Shown here: in pieces, positions 27,993 to 35,778 of the stretch
Layout of the letters: each line of letters begins with the position of its first letter
Position numbering within the stretch: the first letter of the stretch is position 1
Origin: a virus
Taxonomy: Duplodnaviria > Caudoviricetes
Strand: one strand, 5' to 3'
IMG/VR virus record: IMGVR_UViG_3300011242_000002
Location: 209,302 to 273,301 of that record
DNA: 64,000 bases
Made by a program: the position numbers and the translations under genes
The notes under the pieces: model-generated
Seen by the model: only the letters and a program-made list of their open reading frames with translations
The model's database searches: none
Told to the model about the DNA's origin: nothing

Positions 27993-28045
27993 CAGCATAA
28001 AAGTGAGCCTGGTTCCCGCTGGGGAACCAGTGCTCCTTTATGCCG
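27993..28045. repeat. CAGCATAA-hairpin-TTATGCCG element (probable bidirectional terminator)
   Basis: Stem ctggttccc/gggaaccag between convergent genes. Confidence 0.78.
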
Positions 28046-28053
28046 TCTGATGT

Positions 28054-29352
28054 TTATCCTACCAACTCCAACACCGGACGCCACCCACAGGTCATGTCCG
28101 AGGTATTATAATCCATCCCTGCGAAGGTGGTCATGTCATTAGCGCTACCGCGCCACGCCGCGCCGCCATTAAAGTCATTCAGCGCCAACGTACGACTACC
28201 CTGTGAACTGGCCATTCCCAAATCACCATAGGTAAGCTGATCCCATTTTACGCCATTGGTTACCTGCTGACCGGTAATGGCGGAAGCGTGAACACTGTAC
28301 ATTAAACGCTCCCATTCCGATCGATCAGTAGGTGCAGGAACTGAAGCAGGTTCATAGGTTGTGCCGGTGGGGCAACGAACAATATACGTTTTGCCCTTAA
28401 TCGTAATTTGTTTGTTTCCTTTTAACAAATTTAAACCAGCAATGTTATTGCGCGTCACCCCGGCGAGAATGGCTTTTTTCGCAATGTAAATGATTTTGTC
28501 ATCCACTGCAAATTTTAACCATCCGGCATCCAAATTGATGCGGGTAAATTGCTCTGGCACACCGGTGACCGTGAGCAGGTCAGTCATGGTAATCAAGTCA
28601 TTTTGTGTTACCTGACCGTAGTAACCTGCTACTCCGCCGTCAGAACGGGTAAAGCTATTGAGTAAGGTCTCGCCACCCGCCGTCAAGTTAACCAATTCCA
28701 GCACTGGCATAAAACCACGATCTCCCTGATTAGGGTCTGTCGACTTGAGCGCGTTAACTAACGATCCCGTATAGGTCACCCATAGCGCTTGGTTAGTATC
28801 GGTGCTAAAGGTGGTCTGGGTGGGGGTGTATTTATTGATCCTGGCGACAGGTTCTACCAGACTGTCCCAGACCCCGGTAGCCCAACCCGCATTGATGACG
28901 GATCTCGCAAAGACCTTGGCGTACAGGGCAAAGAACTCGGCGCTGGGACTGACAGTTAGCAACGCCGGGTCAACGGTAGAGCCAGCTGGCATCCGGATCT
29001 TAAACTTGCGCTGCACACCGCTAAAGGTTTTGCTGATGGTGCGGGTGGTAGCGTTGCTGTACACGATGTTCTTGGTGGCAAAGGCGTTCCAGGTGTTGTC
29101 GTTAAACAAGAACTGGCTGGGGAAATAAACCACCTTGTTTTTCCAGTAGAACTTACACCACACCATGTTCGCGTCTGCACGCTGGATCACCGAAAGCGTA
29201 ATTGCCGAGATGATCTCTGCCGCCGTAAAGAGCTCACTTTGTGATACGACGCCAAAGTACCCGGCGTCGGTATCACCAAACTTAAGGTTCTTGGGGCCAG
29301 GGCCCGAATCCGGATATTTATCCACCTTACCTGTCATTAACAGTTCTAACAT
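28054..29352 (-). CDS. Putative virion structural protein with two internal repeats, MLExL family (start revised; 432 aa)
   Basis: GAGGA RBS; MLELLM..GPGPKNLKFGDTDAGYFG; repeated GY(F/Y)G.V.Q..L.T, W.KF and (M/R)PVLELV. Confidence 0.65.
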   Translation of the reverse strand: MLELLMTGKVDKYPDSGPGPKNLKFGDTDAGYFGVVSQSELFTAAEIISAITLSVIQRADANMVWCKFYWKNKVVYFPSQFLFNDNTWNAFATKNIVYSNATTRTISKTFSGVQRKFKIRMPAGSTVDPALLTVSPSAEFFALYAKVFARSVINAGWATGVWDSLVEPVARINKYTPTQTTFSTDTNQALWVTYTGSLVNALKSTDPNQGDRGFMPVLELVNLTAGGETLLNSFTRSDGGVAGYYGQVTQNDLITMTDLLTVTGVPEQFTRINLDAGWLKFAVDDKIIYIAKKAILAGVTRNNIAGLNLLKGNKQITIKGKTYIVRCPTGTTYEPASVPAPTDRSEWERLMYSVHASAITGQQVTNGVKWDQLTYGDLGMASSQGSRTLALNDFNGGAAWRGSANDMTTFAGMDYNTSDMTCGWRPVLELVG

Positions 29353-29389
29353 GTTTTGTTTCCTCGCCAATAAATGCCACCTATATGAT

Positions 29390-29448
29390 CGGCATAAAGT
29401 CCTCTGGGTGCTCTTCGGAGCCCCAGAGGTTAAGACCACTTTATGCGG
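29390..29448. repeat. CGGCATAA-hairpin-TTATGC element
   Basis: Stem cctctggg..ctc-ttcg-gag..cccagagg; the right flank is the polymerase gene stop. Confidence 0.75.
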
Positions 29449-31171
29449 CGTCTAAGTAGGTAAAGGTGTGGTTGTGTTCTGCAGCGTAAGCCTGGGCCAG
29501 AGTAACGAAGTCCGGTGCCTTGTACACCATACGGGCAATTTCCCCTGCGTTGTTAAAGCCACCCGCGGCCAGGTTGACGGCCACCTGCCGGTACTGGGTA
29601 TCGTCCAGTCCTTCTATGGCAGTCATCTCAATCCAGGTGGTTTGCTTGCCCACGTTCATGATCACGGTGCCCGACGGATACGCCCCCTCTACGTCGATGT
29701 CGTTGGTGCCGGTACGCACGTAAGACGGGAGATTCGGGAGTTCCTTAAACATCGGCTTCCCGTTCACCGCCACAAGCTCGGTGGGGAGCATGACGATCCA
29801 ACCGCCCAAGGACTGCAGGTGGTCATCCAGGTCGGTGCGCATTTGGTCAGAGGTGGTACCCCAAATATAGCCGTTGTCCATTACGTCGTAGTGCATGGCT
29901 TCGGCGATGCGGTTAGGCTGAGAAGTAAAGTTGCGGTATTCCGATACCCCACAGAACGCCGGGACCGCTGCGGCTAGGTCATTGGTCTTCTCGTCCATCA
30001 TCTCAACCACGATGCAGTCGAATAAGTTATACACCACGTATTCGTAGCGGTAGTTGGTCTGCATGAACTCGTGCAGGTCCAGGCCGTAGTAGCCTTCAGA
30101 CTCTTTAAACGACAGCTTACCGATCCCGTCCAACACCTTGCTGGCGATGTGGTCAAGCTTGTAGTTCAACTCTTTACCCTTGGCGGTACGCAGGTAGTAG
30201 TAGGCACACATCGAATCGGCCCAGCGGAACGAGGCCGGTGCGTTGACGTACGGCCACTTCTCGTAGTTGGCCAGCGGACGTTTGGTTTCCTTGACCCCGT
30301 CGTTTTTCACCTGGTGGGTCTTACCCTGGAAGTACTTCACGTTCCGGTACTCTTTCGGCACCGACGGATCGCAGTACACATCCGCTGGGTTAATCCCCGC
30401 CATCTCCAGGCAGTTGGTGATCACCTGGTAGTCAAAGTCCAAGCTGTTCCAGCCGGTAACCCAGTCAGGCTTCCACTCGTGGGCTTTGGCAAACAGCTTC
30501 ACAAAGCCGTCGGCCGGATGGTCAACCAGCTCGTACTCCATGGCGAGCTTGCGCTGATCAATGATTTCACCGATGTGCTTATGCGCGCATTCGTGCAGCT
30601 TGCGAATAATCGTTGCATCGTCTTCGCCGGGGAAGAAACGACGCACCACAAAGGTGTACGAGCGATCCTTAAACGACAGCGATGCCATCAATGGCTCACC
30701 CATGTGGTCTTTGTTGATCACATCGGTTTCGATGTCGATCACGCTGACCTTAAACGGTGTCATGCCGATTTCGGGGAACTTGCGGTCGTACATTGCTTTC
30801 ACTACTGAGGCCGGACTGATGTCAGCGCCGTACACGTACGGGCTACGGCAGACCTGTTTGAGCGGCAGCGACGTGGCGCCTTTCCCCAGTGAACGGCTGA
30901 TGTGGTTGGCCAGGTTCCAGTACTGGGTGGTGAACTTCTGCAGCTTTTTCACCTCTTCGTAATCTTTCTTATCCTGGTGATCACGGAAGGCTTCACGGGT
31001 GAGGTAGTAATCGTACGGCATGTCTTTGATCATGCGCGTGTTCGGTTCTTGTCGTCCGTCCGGATGGTGAATCACTTCCTTAATAAACACGATGTCGGAT
31101 TTCCCCGACATGCTCGGGCTGTAGACAGCAAATTTACATTCAAACTTAGGCTGAGTGGCGGTGTCGCTCAT
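29441..31171 (-). CDS. Split family-B DNA polymerase: 3'-5' exonuclease plus motif A subunit (phiKZ gp82-like)
   Basis: ExoI DIETD, ExoII GWNSLDFD, ExoIII YNLFD, motif A DIDVEGAYPS; no motif B or C. Confidence 0.85.
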   Translation of the reverse strand: MSDTATQPKFECKFAVYSPSMSGKSDIVFIKEVIHHPDGRQEPNTRMIKDMPYDYYLTREAFRDHQDKKDYEEVKKLQKFTTQYWNLANHISRSLGKGATSLPLKQVCRSPYVYGADISPASVVKAMYDRKFPEIGMTPFKVSVIDIETDVINKDHMGEPLMASLSFKDRSYTFVVRRFFPGEDDATIIRKLHECAHKHIGEIIDQRKLAMEYELVDHPADGFVKLFAKAHEWKPDWVTGWNSLDFDYQVITNCLEMAGINPADVYCDPSVPKEYRNVKYFQGKTHQVKNDGVKETKRPLANYEKWPYVNAPASFRWADSMCAYYYLRTAKGKELNYKLDHIASKVLDGIGKLSFKESEGYYGLDLHEFMQTNYRYEYVVYNLFDCIVVEMMDEKTNDLAAAVPAFCGVSEYRNFTSQPNRIAEAMHYDVMDNGYIWGTTSDQMRTDLDDHLQSLGGWIVMLPTELVAVNGKPMFKELPNLPSYVRTGTNDIDVEGAYPSGTVIMNVGKQTTWIEMTAIEGLDDTQYRQVAVNLAAGGFNNAGEIARMVYKAPDFVTLAQAYAAEHNHTFTYLDAA

Positions 31172-31269
31172 GGAATTTATAATCCTATGTCAACAAGGGC
31201 AAGCGGTATCCCCTTTAAGAAGGCTATAGTATCAACGCGCCCATTTATCTTTTTACAAAGGAGTTCATC

Positions 31270-32526
31270 ATGCTGCTTGGCAGTGGTTTAGAAGTTATTG
31301 CCTTCCAACGCACCCGCCCGATCTTTAAATTACTCACTGCCGAGGTTCAGGCCATCATGGATAAGATGGCAGCGACCAATCAAACCCAGCTGACTGATGC
31401 GCTGCTTAATGACTCCAAGCTGGCACAGATCATGCAGGAGGCCAGCGGGTTTGAGAAGATCACCATGATTGCTGATGCCGCCGCGCCGATTAACGCCTAT
31501 ACGCAGGCCATCACCCTGTCAAAGAACCACGTGTTCAACGACAGCATCCGCCAGGCGTACTCCGGTCATGCCGATGCCTATAACCTGTATCGTCGCGTCA
31601 GCGGCGTGTTGACCGGGCAGATCGACCTTGAAACCGGACGCGTCAGCGGTGCCTTTAGCAAGATCCCGATTACCATTGCGCTCGGCAACCAGATGCTGAA
31701 TCCCAAGCACGGCATCACGGCTGAAGAGAACACGGCAATTCTTCTGCACGAGCTGGGGCATGATTTTACCTACTGCTACGCGCTGCACTATAGTTGCACC
31801 ACTAACATGGTGCTGCATGCAGCGGCCAATGCGCTCCTGGCTGCAGGCGAGGTTAAACAAAAGCACGCGATCATGTCCGATGTGGAAAACACCCTGGGTA
31901 TCAAAATCGATAACCAGGCTGAGCTGGTTAACTATGACAAGTATGATGGGTATTACATCACCTTGCTGACCAAGTACTCGGCGAAGATCTACGACGCGGT
32001 CGGAGCCACGGCCTATAACACCAACATGTGTGAACAGCTGGCGGACATGTTTGCGGCCCGTCACGGCGCCGGTGCGGCGATGGTCAGCGGTATCAACCGC
32101 ATCAACTTGCTCTATGCGCCTTATCGACCTAACAAGTACGTGGCAATGACGAAGTCGCTGCTGGCGCACATTCTGTTCTTCCCGGTCATGATCCCGATGT
32201 TCCTCACTGCACTGTGCAGTAACGATTGGGTGAGCGCCACCTACGATGTGGACAAGGATCGTTTTATCCGCCTGCGTAATGAATCCATCGCCTCGCTGAA
32301 GGATCCGCGTCTGACTGCCGTTGAGAAGAAACAGATTGTGGCTGAGATTGAGCAGATGAACAAAATCATCGCTGCCACCGACTACGAATGGTCAGTGTCG
32401 CAGAAGCTCGGCCAGATGGTCCGTAGCAGCCAGCGCAGCCAGATTCGCCAGAAGCGTCTGCTGCAGGATCTTGAAGCCTTAACCAATAACCCCCTGTATG
32501 TTGCTGCGGCAAAATACTCCGTATAA
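31270..32526 (+). CDS. Virion head protein with a zincin HExxH motif (phiKZ gp83/84-like)
   Basis: GSGLEVIAFQ N-terminus; LLHELGH; EQLADMFA; hydrophobic segment. Confidence 0.7.
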   Translation: MLLGSGLEVIAFQRTRPIFKLLTAEVQAIMDKMAATNQTQLTDALLNDSKLAQIMQEASGFEKITMIADAAAPINAYTQAITLSKNHVFNDSIRQAYSGHADAYNLYRRVSGVLTGQIDLETGRVSGAFSKIPITIALGNQMLNPKHGITAEENTAILLHELGHDFTYCYALHYSCTTNMVLHAAANALLAAGEVKQKHAIMSDVENTLGIKIDNQAELVNYDKYDGYYITLLTKYSAKIYDAVGATAYNTNMCEQLADMFAARHGAGAAMVSGINRINLLYAPYRPNKYVAMTKSLLAHILFFPVMIPMFLTALCSNDWVSATYDVDKDRFIRLRNESIASLKDPRLTAVEKKQIVAEIEQMNKIIAATDYEWSVSQKLGQMVRSSQRSQIRQKRLLQDLEALTNNPLYVAAAKYSV

Positions 32527-32539
32527 AGGAACAGTGAAA

Positions 32540-33034
32540 ATGGTCTTAATGAATGTTGAAACGCTCAAGGGCAACGTGATTGCCGTGCGCGGGATGTCCG
32601 AGATTGCCTCTACCCTGCGTGAAGATCTGGTGGTCTTTGGCCTGGCGCGCCTGGTGGCCTATGGCACCGCCATTCCGTCTAACCCGGTGGATAACCCGGT
32701 GGCCTTCTTTGCCGAGAACAGCAAGACGGCAAAAGCGGTGATCGCCGAAGTCAATGAAAACACCGTGGTTAACATGGGTAAGGTCCTGGAGCTCGCTGCC
32801 AACATCTACCGTGCCCGTTACGACATGGTGCATGCTCCGATGACCAAAGCCGCTCAGGAGCTGGCCCAGCACGCCCTGATTGCCGCCGGCAGCTATAACT
32901 TCCCGCAGGCCATTGCCGATATGTTGGCAATCAGCGAAAACTCTGCCGACCTCGGGCGTTCAGTGGGTTATGCACTGAACCTGTTTGCCGTGGCGTCTAC
33001 CCCATCCCTGGACGCTGCTCCGGCCGCCGAATAA
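32540..33034 (+). CDS. Virion protein (gp85-like; start revised)
   Basis: AAGGA RBS; position in the head operon. Confidence 0.55.
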   Translation: MVLMNVETLKGNVIAVRGMSEIASTLREDLVVFGLARLVAYGTAIPSNPVDNPVAFFAENSKTAKAVIAEVNENTVVNMGKVLELAANIYRARYDMVHAPMTKAAQELAQHALIAAGSYNFPQAIADMLAISENSADLGRSVGYALNLFAVASTPSLDAAPAAE

Positions 33035-33043
33035 GGAGATCCC

Positions 33044-34447
33044 ATGTCCTTAGAAATGATCACCAGCTTTATGGGGCCGAACGGTACGGTGCCGAGCTCG
33101 GCCTTTACGGTTGTGAAGAAACCCAATGACGATGTCGAAATCGTCACCACCACCGAAGACCAAGCGGTTGCTGCCTCTGTTGAACACATCAACGACCTGA
33201 TTCGTCTGCACGGGCGCGTGAGTCGTGAAGGCATGTCGCGTGCTGCCGTGGTGGAGCTGCAGCGCATTGCCCCGTCAGCCGTGCCGGGTGGTTACGGCCT
33301 TGAAGCCTTCACTGAGTTGCCGAGCAACGTGATGCTGCGTGAAGGTACGGAAGGCATTGTCAATACGGTATTGACCGGGCTCTATAAGCTGATCAAGTTC
33401 CTGATTGAAAAGCTGAAGGCCGGCTTTAACTACCTGGTTGACGCCTACCGTTCACTGACCGGCATTGCCCCGTCGGCGTACAAACTTGCCAAGCAGCAGG
33501 TGTTCACCGAAGAGATCACCAAGAACTGGCGGACCCTGATGCAGTCTGATCTCGATGAAGACGTGCTGAAGTATCTGCAGGAAGGCGGTAATGACGAGAT
33601 CAACGCCCAGCTGATCATTGACGGCTTCTTTAATGACGCCAACATGATCTGTGAAAACCTGGCGGTGTTTGAACCGTTGATCATCCAGCTGCAGCGTGCG
33701 GTAGAGGACCTGGTTTCCGAGTCGGCCATCAACCAGGTGACCTACAACCGTCTGTGGGAGGCCTCGCAGGCGAAGACCCCGACGCCGGAAGAGTATCGCG
33801 AGATGGCGCTGCGTATCTCCCGTCTACTGGACACCAACGCGTTCCAGAAGATCACCAAGCTGATGGAGCAGCTGGCTGCTAAAGTCACCAGCTCCAAGCT
33901 GTACAGCGATGACAAGGAGAAGAAGCCGATTGTCGATCGCCTGCGCAGCGGTAAACTGCGGGATATCCTCCAAGGGTTGGAGCAGGCCTGTACCACCCGG
34001 TCACCGATCACCCTGCAGGCCACCGACGTCTTTACCCTGGCCAAGAAGCAGGACTTCAATAAGCTGGTTAATCAGCTGAAGAGCTTTGAGCCGGTTGACG
34101 GTAACAAGGCCCGTGACTTCAAGAAGCACCTGGATGCGCTGCGGGTGTATGATCGCTACGTGGCAGCGGACATGACCGAGGAGAACGGCTTTGAAGTCAT
34201 CTCCACCAAGTTTCTCTCCCAGCAGGCTGACGTCAAGGCGATCATGGAGGTGGTGCGTAAGATCACTGCTAACTACGCCGAGACGGTATTTAAGATTGCC
34301 GCCTGCCGTGATCGTGTGCGCCTCTTAACCGTACCGAAGATTGTTGCCAGCAGCCCTGTAGAAGTGATGATGGAAAACAACGAAGCCCGTATGGATGAGC
34401 TGCGCAAGAAAGTGCGTGCCTGGATCCAGCGCGCCACCACCGTCTAA
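33044..34447 (+). CDS. Internal head protein with predicted protease-cleaved propeptide (gp86-like)
   Basis: SLE, SVE, GLE and GTE motifs followed by an amphipathic helix. Confidence 0.6.
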   Translation: MSLEMITSFMGPNGTVPSSAFTVVKKPNDDVEIVTTTEDQAVAASVEHINDLIRLHGRVSREGMSRAAVVELQRIAPSAVPGGYGLEAFTELPSNVMLREGTEGIVNTVLTGLYKLIKFLIEKLKAGFNYLVDAYRSLTGIAPSAYKLAKQQVFTEEITKNWRTLMQSDLDEDVLKYLQEGGNDEINAQLIIDGFFNDANMICENLAVFEPLIIQLQRAVEDLVSESAINQVTYNRLWEASQAKTPTPEEYREMALRISRLLDTNAFQKITKLMEQLAAKVTSSKLYSDDKEKKPIVDRLRSGKLRDILQGLEQACTTRSPITLQATDVFTLAKKQDFNKLVNQLKSFEPVDGNKARDFKKHLDALRVYDRYVAADMTEENGFEVISTKFLSQQADVKAIMEVVRKITANYAETVFKIAACRDRVRLLTVPKIVASSPVEVMMENNEARMDELRKKVRAWIQRATTV

Positions 34448-34456
34448 GGAGTCACC

Positions 34457-35719
34457 ATGCAGACCTTAGCAGAAGCCATTCGTGAGACGGTGACCCTTAC
34501 CGACGATCTCATGGCGCTGGCACAACGGGCTGACGGATTGGAATCCCTGACCACCGAACACACGGCGTTCATGAACCAGTACGAGGCCATCAGCCAGAAG
34601 ATTGTCTTTATTACCGGGTCGATGGAATCCATTGGTGAGCACGGAATTTCCCAGGAGGTGATGTCAAGCATCCAAACCATGCTGCCGGGCATTGCCGCGG
34701 AGATCCCGTTAAACGGCTATACCCGTGCGCTGTCCAAGCACAACCTCGGTTACGCCATGGAGTCGTTGTCCACCGGCAAGACCGTGCTGTTAGCCGGTGG
34801 ACTAGGCGGGATCATCGCCATCATCCTAAAAGCCATCCAGTGGTGCATCACCACCCTGAAGGCCTACTTGAAGTCGCGGCGGGAAATCAACCGCGTGGGA
34901 TTAAGCGCCACTTCAGCGGCAAATAAGGTAGGGTCGGTTAACGATACGCCTGCGGACATCATTGACCGCTTGTGCAAGAGCCGCGAGTTCGTGAACGCGG
35001 CCAACGGCTACAGCTGGTTGATCTCGGTCCGTGACGACGTTGACGCACCCTTTAAGTTTGATGCCGATTCGATGACCCAGTGGTGGCCCGAGCTTTCAAA
35101 GGAGATGGAGTACGAGTTCCGTGCTATCAAGGCCCGTTACCAGGCGCTGTTGGAAGGCCAGACCTTTAAGGCTAATGTGTCAGCAGTAAAGGACTCGGCG
35201 GCGTTCTCCCGCTTCTTTAAGGCACTGCCGCAGGGTGTGAAGCGTGATGGGAAACCGTGTAGTTTGGACGAGGCGATGGCGGACTTTAACCGTAACCCAA
35301 CCATCGCCTTAACCAACCTCAACAGTCGACTGGGGCAGATGTTCCTGCTGCCGCGCATTGATGATAAGGAGGCGCTTGCCCATAACCTCCTTCGCATCGG
35401 GCGCAGTATTGAGACCTACACCATGATTGATCGGGTGGTGTACGACTCCCTGAACAGCATCGAAACCAACCGAGCATTTGACACCCTGTACGCCGACTTC
35501 ACCGCCTTCTATAAAACGATTCAGTCCCAGCGTTTTGAAGCGGACCAGACGTTGGTGGATGACTTCGTGACCTTAGTGAACGTCTACGCCGACAAGATGA
35601 ACTGCTACTCGCGGTTGATCACGGTGGTGGCGTACCTCGACTCGATGTCGTACAGTGCCGGGGAAGCCCTGGGTAACTTCGTGGGTAAATGGGTGCAGTT
35701 GATGCAGGACCGCGCATAA
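34457..35719 (+). CDS. Internal head protein with predicted protease-cleaved propeptide (gp86-like)
   Basis: GLES, SMES and AMES motifs, then hydrophobic LLAGGLGGIIAIIL. Confidence 0.6.
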   Translation: MQTLAEAIRETVTLTDDLMALAQRADGLESLTTEHTAFMNQYEAISQKIVFITGSMESIGEHGISQEVMSSIQTMLPGIAAEIPLNGYTRALSKHNLGYAMESLSTGKTVLLAGGLGGIIAIILKAIQWCITTLKAYLKSRREINRVGLSATSAANKVGSVNDTPADIIDRLCKSREFVNAANGYSWLISVRDDVDAPFKFDADSMTQWWPELSKEMEYEFRAIKARYQALLEGQTFKANVSAVKDSAAFSRFFKALPQGVKRDGKPCSLDEAMADFNRNPTIALTNLNSRLGQMFLLPRIDDKEALAHNLLRIGRSIETYTMIDRVVYDSLNSIETNRAFDTLYADFTAFYKTIQSQRFEADQTLVDDFVTLVNVYADKMNCYSRLITVVAYLDSMSYSAGEALGNFVGKWVQLMQDRA

Positions 35720-35778
35720 AGCACAGCGGCCTCCTCTCCCCGTCAAGGGAGAGGAGTGCCACTTATGCCGTTATGCCG
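35712..35778. repeat. GCATAA-hairpin-TTATGCCG element; near-identical inverted copy at 52351-52409
   Basis: Stem ctcctctccc/gggagaggag; tandem TTATGCCG; both convergent genes end GCA-TAA. Confidence 0.85.
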
